Source: an uncultured Candidatus Rokubacteria bacterium
Lineage (GTDB): Bacteria; Methylomirabilota; Methylomirabilia; Rokubacteriales; DASRDR01
Reading direction: 5' to 3'
Length of the DNA stretch: 64,000 nucleotides
Assembly: GCA_963708025.1 (NCBI GenBank)
Contig: CAVPSB010000035.1
Span: 1-64,000, forward strand
The position numbers were made by a program, and so were the translations under genes. The notes below the pieces were generated by a model. The model made no database searches, was not told the DNA's origin, and saw nothing but the letters and a program-made list of their open reading frames with translations. This document shows positions 1 to 9,441 of this stretch, piece after piece. The number at the start of each line of letters is the position of its first letter. The stretch's first letter is position 1.

Positions 1-1
1 G

Positions 2-421
2 GACAAGTCGCACGGGATCGAGGCGCTCCGCGGCACCAGTGTGCCGGCCGTCTTCTCCGACGCCGTGCGGATCGACCTGCCGGGCTGCGCCATGTTGTTC
101 ATCTCCGGGAAGCTGGCGACCGACGCGAGCGGCGGGATCGCCGGGCGGACGATGCGCGAGCAGACGCGGCAGGTCCTCGAGAACATCAAGGCCGTGCTGG
201 CGCGAGAGGGTGGGACGATGGACGACGTCGTCCGCGTCCGCGTGTACGTCACTCAGCTCGACCCCGAGACGCTCCGGGACATCCACGAGGTGCGCGCCGG
301 GTACTTCCGCGAGGGCAACTATCCCGCCAGCACGCTGGTGCGGGTGGTCCAGTTCGTCCGGGACGGGGCGCTGATCGAGATCGACGCCGACGCCGTGATC
401 CGGATGGGGAAGGATTCATGA
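2..421 (+). CDS. RidA/YjgF/YER057c/UK114 family protein (frame open to window edge, 5' end possibly outside)
   Basis: LFISG...EQTRQVLENIKAVLAREGGTMDDVVRVRVY and PASTLVRV...LIEIDADA match the RidA fold; no stop upstream of GTG41. Confidence 0.85.
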   Translation, partial: DKSHGIEALRGTSVPAVFSDAVRIDLPGCAMLFISGKLATDASGGIAGRTMREQTRQVLENIKAVLAREGGTMDDVVRVRVYVTQLDPETLRDIHEVRAGYFREGNYPASTLVRVVQFVRDGALIEIDADAVIRMGKDS

Positions 422-1359
422 TCATCGAGAACGAGCGGGACGTCACCAGGGCCGTCCTGAGCGAGCTGGAGCGCGCGCCGGATGCGCGCTTCCGCGAGGT
501 CATGTCGGCGCTCGTGCGCCATCTCCACGAGTTCGCGCGCGAGGTGAAGCTGACCGAGGAGGAGTTCCGGAAGGCTGTCGCTTACGTGGCCGCGCTCGGC
601 CAGCACACCACCGACACCCACAACGAGACGGTCCTGATGGCCGGCTCGCTCGGCTTCTCGGCGCTGGTCTGCCTCCTCAACAACGGCAACGCGGGACAGA
701 CCGAGACCGACGCCAACCTGCTCGGCCCGTTCTGGCGCATGCACTCGCCCGCAACGCCGAACGGCGGCTCGATCGTGCGCTCGCCGACGCCGGGGCCGGC
801 CTTGTTCGTCAACGCCTGGGTCCGCGACACCGAGGGCAAGCCGGTCGAGGGCGCGGAGGTCGACGTCTGGCACTCCTCGCCGGAGGGCTTCTACGAGAAC
901 CAGGATCCGGCCCAGGCCGACATGAACCTGCGCGGCACGTTCACGACCGACGGGGACGGACACATCAGCTTCCGCACGGTCAAGCCCGCCGGCTATCCGA
1001 TTCCGATCGGCGGCCCGGTCGGCGAGCTCCTGAGCGCCCAGCGGCGCCTGAACCGGCGGCCCGCGCACCTGCACTTTCTCGCCCACAAGGAAGGCTTCAA
1101 GACGCTGATCTCGCAGGTCTACGTCAACGACGATCCCCATCTCGACCGGGACGCCCAGTTCGGCGTCACGCGCCACCTCATCGGCGACTACGTCCGCCAC
1201 GACGGCGAGCGCCCGCCCGCGCCCGACGTCACGGGGTCCTGGTACTCGCTCGACCGGACGCTGGTCATGGAGCCCGGGCCGAGCAGGCTGCCCCGGCCCC
1301 CGATCAGCGGCAAGGCGCGCGGCGAGCGGCCGAAGATCCCGATGCTGACCTATGACTGA
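418..1359 (+). CDS. Intradiol ring-cleavage dioxygenase (catechol/hydroxyquinol 1,2-dioxygenase family)
   Basis: LLGPFW, DVWHSSPEGFYENQ, PAGYPIP, RRPAHLHF (Tyr/Tyr/His/His Fe ligands), N-terminal helical dimerisation region. Confidence 0.9.
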   Translation: MIIENERDVTRAVLSELERAPDARFREVMSALVRHLHEFAREVKLTEEEFRKAVAYVAALGQHTTDTHNETVLMAGSLGFSALVCLLNNGNAGQTETDANLLGPFWRMHSPATPNGGSIVRSPTPGPALFVNAWVRDTEGKPVEGAEVDVWHSSPEGFYENQDPAQADMNLRGTFTTDGDGHISFRTVKPAGYPIPIGGPVGELLSAQRRLNRRPAHLHFLAHKEGFKTLISQVYVNDDPHLDRDAQFGVTRHLIGDYVRHDGERPPAPDVTGSWYSLDRTLVMEPGPSRLPRPPISGKARGERPKIPMLTYD

Positions 1360-1409
1360 TCCGACGCGCTGAGCCGCCGCGCCGGCGAGCGCAGGAGAGG
1401 AGGCAGGTC

Positions 1410-2375
1410 ATGGCCACGCCCTCATCGGCCGGCATGGGCCGGCGCGCATTCCTCCAGGTCGCCGCGGTCACCGCCGCGCTCGCCGCCGGGCGCACCGGGT
1501 GGTCGGAGAACCTCGGCTACGTCGACTCCCACAGCCACCTGTGGAGCCCGGAGCGCTCCCGGTACCCGCTGCGGCCGGGGGCCAACGAGGCCAACGTGCA
1601 GCCCAGGGGGTTCACCCCCGGCGACTTCTTCTCGCACGCGCGTGCCGAGGGCGTGAACCGGGTCGTGCTCATCGGGCACACGGGCCACTTCGGGTTCGAC
1701 GCCACCTACCTGACCGACCTGCTGAAGGCCCGACCGGGCGAGATCGCCGCCCAGGCCTACCTCGACCACGCCGATCCCAACGTGACGGCGCGGATGGCCG
1801 AGCTGAAGCGCCAGGGGGTGACGGCGTTCCGCCTCCGCTTGCTGGACCCCTGGCAGTCCGATTTCCCGGATACCCACCCCATCATGAAGGCATACCAGTT
1901 CGCCGCGATGCAGCGGCTGGCCATCTGCCCCCTGACGAATCCCGACTGGCTGCCCCAGCTGGACCGGCTGTCGGCGGCGTTCCCGGCCACCACGGTGGTC
2001 ATCGACCACTTCGCGCGCATCGGCGTCAACGGCCTGGGGCAGGTCCCGCCGGTACCCGGCACCATCAAGCCGGAGGACGTCGCCAACCTGGTCAAGCTGG
2101 CCCGTCACCCCGCGATGCACGTCAAGCTCTCGGCGTTCTACGCGCTCGGGCGCCGCACCCCGCCGTACGACGACATGCTCCCGCTCATCAAGGAGCTGAT
2201 CCGGGCGTACGGCCCCGAGCGCCTGATGTGGGGGAGCGACTCCCCGTACCAGGTCGCGAGCCCTCACACGTACCGGGCCTCCATCGCCCTCATCCGCGAT
2301 CGCCTGGACGGCGTCTCGGAGGAGGACCGGGAGTGGCTGCTGCGCAAGACGGCCGAGCGGGTGTTCTTCACCTAG
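1410..2375 (+). CDS. Amidohydrolase_2 family (lactonase-like) protein with Tat signal
   Basis: MGRRAFLQVAA twin-arginine leader; VDSHSHLW, VIDHF, HVKLSA, LMWGSDSP; RBS GGAGG upstream. Confidence 0.85.
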   Translation: MATPSSAGMGRRAFLQVAAVTAALAAGRTGWSENLGYVDSHSHLWSPERSRYPLRPGANEANVQPRGFTPGDFFSHARAEGVNRVVLIGHTGHFGFDATYLTDLLKARPGEIAAQAYLDHADPNVTARMAELKRQGVTAFRLRLLDPWQSDFPDTHPIMKAYQFAAMQRLAICPLTNPDWLPQLDRLSAAFPATTVVIDHFARIGVNGLGQVPPVPGTIKPEDVANLVKLARHPAMHVKLSAFYALGRRTPPYDDMLPLIKELIRAYGPERLMWGSDSPYQVASPHTYRASIALIRDRLDGVSEEDREWLLRKTAERVFFT

Positions 2376-2386
2376 AGGTCACCGCC

Positions 2387-3517
2387 GTGAGCTTCTCACC
2401 CGCCGAGTACGCCGGGCGCCTGGCCGCCGTGCGCGATCGCATGGCGGCCCGGGGCGTGGACGTCCTGATCGTCGACGCGATCGAGCACCTCGGCTGGCTG
2501 GCCGGCTGGCACGCGTCGGGGTCGCGCTACCACGCCTGCCTGGTCCCGCTGGCGGGGGAGCCGGTCATGGTCTGCCGCCGGCTCGACGAGCCGGCGTTCC
2601 GGGAGCGGAGCTGGCTCGGCGAGGCGGCCTTCTTCGCCGACGCCGAGGACCCGGTCGAGGCGGTGGCGGCGGTCGTGACCCGGCGGGGCTGGGCGGCGGG
2701 CCGGGTCGGCGTCGAGCTGGACTCCCACTACCTGACCGTGCAGACCTACCAGGCGCTGCGGGCCGCGCTGCCGGGGGCGACCTTCGTCGACTTCGCCGGC
2801 GTCCTGCGCGAGCTGCGGCTCCGGAAGTCGGCGGCGGAGATCGCGTGCATCCGGCAGGCGGCGGCCATCGCCGACCAGGCGATGCGGGAGGCGATCGCGG
2901 CCGCCGGCGAGGGGAAGAGCGAGCGCGAGGCGGCCGCGGCGGCGGCCGCCGCCTTCCTGCGGCTCGGGGCCGACAGCGGGCGGACCGGCCCCATCACGGC
3001 CGGCCGTCGCTCGGGCACGCTCCACGGGACGCTCGGCGACCACCGGCTGGAGGCGGGCGACCTCCTCCACATGGAGCTGGTGCCGTCGGTCCGGGGCTAC
3101 AGCGCCCGGCTCATGCGGCCCACCGTGATCGGCCCGCCCTCGGCGGCGCTGGCGGCGGCGGCGCGCGCGCTGGTCGAGATCCAGGACGAGCAGATCGCGG
3201 CGATGCAGCCGGGGGCCGCCGCCCGCGACGTGGACCGCATCGCCCGCGACGGGCGTGCTCAAGGCCGGGCTGCGCGACGCCTACGACAACTTCACCGGCT
3301 ACACGCTCGGCTACTACGGCACCCCGCTGATGGCGCCGCGGTCGAGCGACTTCACGCGGGCCTTCCTGCCCACCGCGGAGTGGAGCCTCGAGCCCGGCAT
3401 GGTCTTCCACATGTACACCGGCGCGCAGGGGATGGCGTTCAGCGAGACCGTCCTGGTGACGGCGAGCGCGGGCCGGAGCGGCTGACCCGGCTCGAGCGCC
3501 GGCTGTTCGTGCGATGA
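2387..3517 (+). CDS. M24 family creatinase/ectoine hydrolase (DoeA)-like hydrolase; apparent frameshifts near 3255 and 3480
   Basis: FSPAEYAGRLAAVRDRM, LRLRKSAAEIACIRQAA, GYTLG, LEPGMVFHM, FSETVLVT spread over two frames. Confidence 0.8.
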   Translation: MSFSPAEYAGRLAAVRDRMAARGVDVLIVDAIEHLGWLAGWHASGSRYHACLVPLAGEPVMVCRRLDEPAFRERSWLGEAAFFADAEDPVEAVAAVVTRRGWAAGRVGVELDSHYLTVQTYQALRAALPGATFVDFAGVLRELRLRKSAAEIACIRQAAAIADQAMREAIAAAGEGKSEREAAAAAAAAFLRLGADSGRTGPITAGRRSGTLHGTLGDHRLEAGDLLHMELVPSVRGYSARLMRPTVIGPPSAALAAAARALVEIQDEQIAAMQPGAAARDVDRIARDGRAQGRAARRLRQLHRLHARLLRHPADGAAVERLHAGLPAHRGVEPRARHGLPHVHRRAGDGVQRDRPGDGERGPERLTRLERRLFVR

Positions 3518-4842
3518 GCCCCGCGTCCGAGCCCCACGTCCCTTCCTACTGGCTCGACACCGGCGGGCCGGAGGTGGAGGGCGTCGAGCCCCTCGCGGCC
3601 GACCGCACCGTCGAGGTGGCGGTGATCGGCGCCGGCTACACGGGCCTCGCCGCCGCGTACCGCCTGGCCGGCACCCACGGCCTCGACACGGTGGTCCTCG
3701 AGGCCCACCGCGTCGGCTGGGGGGCGAGCGGGCGGAACGGCGGCTTCGCCTCGATGGCGCTGGGGAAGACCGGTCTCGCGGAGCGCATCCGACGCTGGGG
3801 GCTCGAGGCGGCCCGGCGCTCGATCCGCGTCGGCCTGGAGGCGGTGGAGACGGTCCGCGAGCTGATCGCGACCGAGCGCATCGACTGCGCGCCCCAGCCG
3901 CCCGGCTACCTCTACGTCGCCCACACCCCGGCGCGTGTCGCCGAGCTGCGCCAGCGGGCGGCCCTCTACCGCGACCCGCTCGGCTACGACGGCGTCACGG
4001 TCCTCGATCGCGCCGCGCTGGAGGGTGAGGGGTACCTGCGCGGTCCGGAGGCGCACGGCGCGATCCGCCTCCGCGACGGCTTCGGGCTCCACCCGATGCG
4101 CTACGTCCGGGGCCTGGCCGAGGCGGCGCGGCGGCGGGGCGCCCGGCTCTGCGATCGCTCGCCGGTCCTGGGCTGGCGCCGCGAGGGCGGCTGGCATGTC
4201 CTGGCGACGCCGGGCGGCACGGTCCGCGCCCGGCGCGTGGTGCTGGCGACGAATGGCTACACGCCGGAGGGCCTGCACCCCTTCTTCCGCGGGCGCACGC
4301 TGCCGGCGACGAGCAACATCATCGTGACCCGCCCGCTCACCGCCGCGGAGTGGCGCGAGGTGGGCATGCTGACGACCGGGGTCTACTCCGACACGCGGAC
4401 GCTCCTCTTCTACTGGCGCCGGCTCCCCGACGACCGCATGCTCCTCGGCGGCCGGGCCGGCCTCGTGAACAGCGAGGCGAGCCTTGCTCGCCGCCGGCGC
4501 TGGCTCGAGGCGTCCCTGGCCGTGAAGTTCCCGGTGCTGGCCGGCGTCGGCAGCGAGTGGTTCTGGCACGGGAGCGTCTGCCTGGCCTACGACTTCACGC
4601 CGCACGTCGGGACCGCCGACGGCGATCCGAGCGTCGCCTACGCCATGGGCTACATGGGGAGCGGGGTGGCGATGGCCACCTACGGCGGCGGCCTGGCCGC
4701 CGACCTGGTGGCCGGGAAGGACGTGCCGCGCGACACGCCGCTCACCGCCGCCGGCCTGCCGCGCTTCCCGCTGCCGGCGCTCCGGCGGCTCTACCTGGCC
4801 GGCGCCTACGTCGTCTACGGGATCACCGACCGCCGCCACTGA
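3514..4842 (+). CDS. FAD-dependent oxidoreductase, DAO/PuuB-like family
   Basis: VAVIGAGYTGL Rossmann motif, GWGASGRNGGF, LHPMRY, VLATNGYT, GYMGSGVAMA. Confidence 0.88.
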   Translation: MSPASEPHVPSYWLDTGGPEVEGVEPLAADRTVEVAVIGAGYTGLAAAYRLAGTHGLDTVVLEAHRVGWGASGRNGGFASMALGKTGLAERIRRWGLEAARRSIRVGLEAVETVRELIATERIDCAPQPPGYLYVAHTPARVAELRQRAALYRDPLGYDGVTVLDRAALEGEGYLRGPEAHGAIRLRDGFGLHPMRYVRGLAEAARRRGARLCDRSPVLGWRREGGWHVLATPGGTVRARRVVLATNGYTPEGLHPFFRGRTLPATSNIIVTRPLTAAEWREVGMLTTGVYSDTRTLLFYWRRLPDDRMLLGGRAGLVNSEASLARRRRWLEASLAVKFPVLAGVGSEWFWHGSVCLAYDFTPHVGTADGDPSVAYAMGYMGSGVAMATYGGGLAADLVAGKDVPRDTPLTAAGLPRFPLPALRRLYLAGAYVVYGITDRRH

Positions 4843-4856
4843 GCGGGCACAATCGC

Positions 4857-6035
4857 GTGACGGTCCCCGTCTTCGGCACCCAGCCCTCGCCGGCCGAGAT
4901 CGCGGCCCGCGTGGAAGGCTACGGGGCGTGGTTCGAGATCGACCTGGACGCGATCGGCCGGAACCTCGACCAGCTCCGCCGCCGGGTCGGGGTCGAGCTG
5001 ATGCCCTGCGTCAAGAACAACGCCTATGGCCACGGCCTGCTCCCGGTCGTCGCCTATCTGGCCGGGCAGGGGGTGGGCCGGGTGATGGTCGTCCGGCTGC
5101 GCGAGGCGGAGCAGATCCTGGACGCGGGCATCCGCTGCCGGGTCCTCAACATGGGGCCGCTGTTCGCCGCGTCCCAGTACGACTCGGTGGTGCGGCGGGG
5201 CGTCGTCCAGACCGTGTACACGCGGGAGGTCGCGGAGCGCCTCAGCGAGACCGCCGCCCGCCTGGACGCGCCCGTCTCGGTGTTCGTCAAGGTCGACACC
5301 GGGCTCCGGCGGGTCGGGGTGTGGCACGAGGAGGCGCCCGACCTCGTCGAGGCCGTCGCGAAGCTGCCCCACGTGAAGCTGGAGGGGATCTTCTCCACGC
5401 TCACCCAGAGTTCCGAGCTGGACGGCGTCCAGCTCGAGCGACTCCTGGCGGTCGAGCGGGCCGTCCGGCAGCGCGGTGTGGCCCCCGGGCTCCGGAGCCT
5501 GGCCAGCAGCAACGCGGTGCTGCACCAGCCGGCCACCCACCTCGACCTCGTGCGACCGGGGGCGCTCCTCTTCGGGCTCTACCCGGAGCGCAAGGACCTC
5601 GCGACCGGGCTCGACCTCGAGCAGGCGCTCGTTCTCAAGGCGCGCATCGAGCACGTGAAGTCGGTCGAGCGGGGCGCGTCGGTCACCTACTGGGGCCGCT
5701 TCGTCGCCCCCGAGCCCATGCGAATCGGCACGCTCCCGGTGGGGTTCTCGGACGGCATCCCCCGCGAGATGGCGAACAAAGCCCGGGTCCTGGTCGAGGG
5801 CGGCTACCGCCAGAGCCTGGGCTCGGTCTCGCTCAACCACCTGCTGGTCGACCTGACCGGCACCGAAGCGAAGCCCGGCGAGGTCGTGGAAGTCATCGGG
5901 CGCCGCGGGGAGAACACCCTCGGCCGGATCGCCGAGGCGGCCGGGTGGATGGTCTACAGCCTCGTCAACCACTTCTCGCCGTCGACGCCGCGGGTCTACT
6001 ACCGGGGCGGCGCTCCGGTGGCGCTCACCGAGTGA
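4857..6035 (+). CDS. Alanine racemase family PLP enzyme (divergent)
   Basis: EIDLDAI..N, VKNNAYGHG (PLP Lys), VKVDTGLRRVG, DLVRPG, VTYWG, PVGFSDG. Confidence 0.85.
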   Translation: MTVPVFGTQPSPAEIAARVEGYGAWFEIDLDAIGRNLDQLRRRVGVELMPCVKNNAYGHGLLPVVAYLAGQGVGRVMVVRLREAEQILDAGIRCRVLNMGPLFAASQYDSVVRRGVVQTVYTREVAERLSETAARLDAPVSVFVKVDTGLRRVGVWHEEAPDLVEAVAKLPHVKLEGIFSTLTQSSELDGVQLERLLAVERAVRQRGVAPGLRSLASSNAVLHQPATHLDLVRPGALLFGLYPERKDLATGLDLEQALVLKARIEHVKSVERGASVTYWGRFVAPEPMRIGTLPVGFSDGIPREMANKARVLVEGGYRQSLGSVSLNHLLVDLTGTEAKPGEVVEVIGRRGENTLGRIAEAAGWMVYSLVNHFSPSTPRVYYRGGAPVALTE

Positions 6036-6052
6036 GCGGGAAGGAGGACAGC

Positions 6053-7582
6053 ATGGGACGGAGACGATTCCACCGCGCGACGCTGGGGGCTGGCCTCGTC
6101 GTGCTCGTCGCGCTCGCGCTGGCGCCGGCCGGGGCCGGCGCCCAGAGCGGCCAGCTCAACATCGGGCTCGCCGCCGAGCCCTCCACGCTCGACCCCCACC
6201 TGTCGGGGGAGATCCCCGCCCACAACATCGCCCGCAACGTGTACGACACCCTGTTGCTGCGCGACGAGGGCATGCGGCTGGCCCCGAGCCTTGCCGAGTC
6301 CTGGCGCCTGGTCAGCCCGACCACCTACCAGTTCAAGCTCCGCCGCGGCGTGAAGTTCCACAACGGGGAGCCGTTCAACGCGGCGGCCGTCAAGTTCAGC
6401 ATCGAGCGGCAGCTCAACCACCCCAAGTCCCGCGCCAAGGCCGCGCTGGCGCCGGTGGAGCGCGTCGAGGTCGTCGACGAGTACACGGTGAACGTGGTCA
6501 GCAAGAGCGCCTTCCCGGTCTTCCTCGCCCGGAACACCTACGCGGGAAGCGGGAGCGTCGTCATGCTGCCGCCCAAGTACGTCCAGGAGAAGGGCGACGA
6601 CGCCGTCGCCGCCCAGCCGGTGGGCACGGGGCCGTTCAAGTTCGTGGAGTGGGTGAAGGGTGACCGGGTGACCCTCGAGGCCAACCCGGACTACTGGCGG
6701 GCGCGGCCGCGGGTTCAGCGCGTGACCTTCCGCTTCATCCCCGAGACCGCCACCCGCATCGCCTCGCTGCTCAACGGCGAGACGGACATCGTCGAGAACG
6801 TCCCGCCGGACCAGGTTGACCGTGTCGCGAGCAACCCGGGGACCACGATCGGCAAGACCTCGGACGGGATGATCGTCGTCTACTACCAGTTCGACACCCG
6901 CATGGACAGCCCGGTCAAGAACCGGAAGGTCCGCGAGGCCATCAACCACGCGATCGACTGGGAGACCATCGTCCGGGACCTGCTCCGCGGCCACGCCCGG
7001 CGCCGGCCGGTCCCGCTGGATCCCGGCGACGGCGTCAACCCCGGCCTGAAGACCTTCGCCTACGACCCCGAGAAGGCGAAGAAGCTCCTGGCCGAGGCGG
7101 GCCACCCGAACGGCTTCAGCTTCACGATGCCGACCTCCAACGGCCGGTACATGCAGGACCGGGCGGTGTCGGAGGCGATCGCGGGGTACCTCGGGAAGGT
7201 CGGGATCAAGGCGACCGTCCAGCCCGCCGAGTGGGGCGTCTACCTGAAGAGCCTGGCCGAGAAGCGGACCGGCCCGGTCTTCGTCATCGGCTGGGGCAGC
7301 GGCCTGTTCGACTCCGACGTGCTCGTGGACGAGTTCGGCTGCAAGGTCACCTACTCGACCTACTGCAACGAGCAGGTGGAGGACCTCCTCCAGAAGGCGC
7401 GCGCCGAGGCGAGCCCCGAGGCCCGGACCAAGCTCTACCACCGCGCCCAGGAGCTCCTGGTCGAGGACGCCGCCTTCGCCGGTGCCTACCAGCCGGCGGC
7501 GCTGTTCGGCATCGGCAAGCGGGTCGACTGGAAGCCGACCATCGGCGAGCTGATCTTCCTCTGGAACGCCGGTATCCGCTGA
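6053..7582 (+). CDS. Peptide/nickel-type ABC transporter substrate-binding protein (family 5)
   Basis: Signal peptide; EPSTLDP, LAESW, FKLRRGVKFHNG, PVGTGPFKF; RBS AAGGAGG. Confidence 0.92.
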   Translation: MGRRRFHRATLGAGLVVLVALALAPAGAGAQSGQLNIGLAAEPSTLDPHLSGEIPAHNIARNVYDTLLLRDEGMRLAPSLAESWRLVSPTTYQFKLRRGVKFHNGEPFNAAAVKFSIERQLNHPKSRAKAALAPVERVEVVDEYTVNVVSKSAFPVFLARNTYAGSGSVVMLPPKYVQEKGDDAVAAQPVGTGPFKFVEWVKGDRVTLEANPDYWRARPRVQRVTFRFIPETATRIASLLNGETDIVENVPPDQVDRVASNPGTTIGKTSDGMIVVYYQFDTRMDSPVKNRKVREAINHAIDWETIVRDLLRGHARRRPVPLDPGDGVNPGLKTFAYDPEKAKKLLAEAGHPNGFSFTMPTSNGRYMQDRAVSEAIAGYLGKVGIKATVQPAEWGVYLKSLAEKRTGPVFVIGWGSGLFDSDVLVDEFGCKVTYSTYCNEQVEDLLQKARAEASPEARTKLYHRAQELLVEDAAFAGAYQPAALFGIGKRVDWKPTIGELIFLWNAGIR

Positions 7583-7586
7583 GGAA

Positions 7587-7646
7587 GCGCTCGGCCTCAC
7601 GATCCCGCCGTCGCTGCTGGCGCGAGGGGACGCGGTGGTCCAGTAG
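7587..7646 (+). pseudogene. Orphan 3' tail of an ABC_sub_bind-type substrate-binding protein gene
   Basis: Reads ALGLTIPPSLLARGDAVVQ*, nearly identical to the C-termini of the genes at 44533-45525 and 46187-47185 (LGLTIPPSVLARADxVxE*). Confidence 0.85.
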
Positions 7647-7663
7647 GCCATGAGTCCGGACTG

Positions 7664-8581
7664 ATGGCGACGTATCTGGCTCAGCGGGCGCTGGACGCGC
7701 TGCTCGTCGTCGTGGCGGTGACCTTCGTGGTGTTCTTTCTGCTCCACCTGACCGGGGACCCGGTGCGCCTCATGCTGCCGCCCGAGGCGCCGGCCGAGGA
7801 GGTCGAGCGCCTGCGCGGCGTCCTCGGCCTCGACGCGCCGATCCCCCTCCAGTACCTCCGCTTCCTGGTCGGGATCGTCCACGGCGACTTCGGCCGCTCG
7901 CTCCGCTACAACGCCCCCTCGCTGCCGCTGGTCCTCGAGCGCGCCCCCGCCACGCTCCTCCTGGCCACCGTGGCCACCGGACTGGCCGTCCTGGTCTCGG
8001 TGCCGCTGGGCGTGGCGGCGGCGGTCTGGCGGGGCTCGCCGCTCGATCGCCTGTGCACGGTGCTCGGCGCCTTCGGGCAGTCGATGCCGGTCTTCTGGCT
8101 GGCGATCGTCCTGATCCTGGTCTTCTCGGTGCGGTATCGCCTGCTCCCCTCCTTCGGCGGCGGCTCGCTCCGTCACCTGGTGCTGCCGGCCGCCACGCTG
8201 GCGCTCTACTCGCTGGCGCGGATCTCGCGGCTCGCCCGCTCGGCCATGATCGAGGTGCTCGGCACCGACTACGTCCGGGCCGCCCGCGCCAAGGGCCTCC
8301 CGGGAGGCGCCGTCGTCCTCAAGCACGGCCTGCGCAACGCGAGCCTGCCCATCGTCACGGTCGTCGCGGTGGAGTTCGGCGTCCTCCTGGGCGGCGCCGT
8401 GGTGGCCGAGACCGTGTTCGCGTGGCCGGGGGTCGGGCGGCTAGCCGTCCAGGCCATCCTCACCCGAGACTTCCCGCTGGTGCAGGCGATCGTCTTCGTG
8501 ATCGCCTCGACGCTGGTCGCCCTCAACCTGGCCGTCGACCTCCTCTATGGGCTCCTCGACCCCCGCATCCGTCACCGCTGA
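7664..8581 (+). CDS. Peptide ABC transporter permease (DppB/OppB type)
   Basis: GDFGRS, DYVRAARAKGL, KHGLRNA, ETVFAWPGVG, LDPRIR. Confidence 0.92.
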   Translation: MATYLAQRALDALLVVVAVTFVVFFLLHLTGDPVRLMLPPEAPAEEVERLRGVLGLDAPIPLQYLRFLVGIVHGDFGRSLRYNAPSLPLVLERAPATLLLATVATGLAVLVSVPLGVAAAVWRGSPLDRLCTVLGAFGQSMPVFWLAIVLILVFSVRYRLLPSFGGGSLRHLVLPAATLALYSLARISRLARSAMIEVLGTDYVRAARAKGLPGGAVVLKHGLRNASLPIVTVVAVEFGVLLGGAVVAETVFAWPGVGRLAVQAILTRDFPLVQAIVFVIASTLVALNLAVDLLYGLLDPRIRHR

Positions 8582-9437
8582 GCGGCGGCGGGGCGCGCGC
8601 CCGGCGGCCCTCGCCGTCCTGGTCGCGGCCGCGGGCCTCGCCGTCGGGCTGCTCGTCCTGCTGCCCGACCGGCTGGCGCCCCAGGATCCCGCCGAGCAGG
8701 TCATCGGCGCGCGCCTGTTGCCGCCGCTCGCGATCGCGGGGCCGACCCGGTTCCTGCTGGGCAGCGACGACCTGGGGCGGGACGTGCTCAGCCGGCTCGT
8801 CTACGGGGCGCGGATCTCGCTCGCGATGGGGCTGGCGGCAGTCGCGCTCTCGGTGGCCCTCGGCGTGACCTCGGGTCTGCTGGCCGGCTACTTCGGCGGG
8901 GTGCTCGAGCGGGGCATCATGCGGCTGGTGGACATCCAGATGGCCTTCCCCTTCATCCTGCTCGCGATCGTCGTCGTCGGCGTGCTCGGCCCCAGCCCCG
9001 CGAAGGTCGTCCTGGTGATCGGGGTCGGCGGCTGGGTCCACTTCGCCCGCGTGGTGCGGAGCGAGGTGCTCTCGCTCCGGGAGCGCGAGTTCGTCGAGGG
9101 CGCCCGCGCGACCGGCGCCGGCGACGGCCGCATCCTCGCCCGGTACCTCCTGCCCAACGTGGCGCCGACCGTCATCGTGCTCGCCACGACCACGCTGGCC
9201 TACGCCATCGTCGCCGAGTCGAGCCTGAGCTTCCTGGGCGTCGGGATCCCGCCGAGCATCCCGTCCTGGGGCGCGATGCTGGCGGACGGGCGCCAGTACG
9301 TGGACACCGCGTGGTGGCTGGCCACATTCCCCGGGCTGGCCATTCTCCTGACGGCGCTGGCCGCGACCCTCCTCGGCGATCGGCTGCGGGACCGGTGGCA
9401 GCCGGGCGGGGCGCCGGCGCGCCACGAGGGACGATAA
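8547..9437 (+). CDS. Peptide ABC transporter permease (DppC/OppC type); start uncertain
   Basis: LLGSDDLGRDVLSRLVYGAR, EFVEGARATG, LLPNV, SLSFLGVG, PSWGAML. Confidence 0.9.
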   Translation: MGSSTPASVTAERRRGARPAALAVLVAAAGLAVGLLVLLPDRLAPQDPAEQVIGARLLPPLAIAGPTRFLLGSDDLGRDVLSRLVYGARISLAMGLAAVALSVALGVTSGLLAGYFGGVLERGIMRLVDIQMAFPFILLAIVVVGVLGPSPAKVVLVIGVGGWVHFARVVRSEVLSLREREFVEGARATGAGDGRILARYLLPNVAPTVIVLATTTLAYAIVAESSLSFLGVGIPPSIPSWGAMLADGRQYVDTAWWLATFPGLAILLTALAATLLGDRLRDRWQPGGAPARHEGR

Positions 9438-9441
9438 CGCA

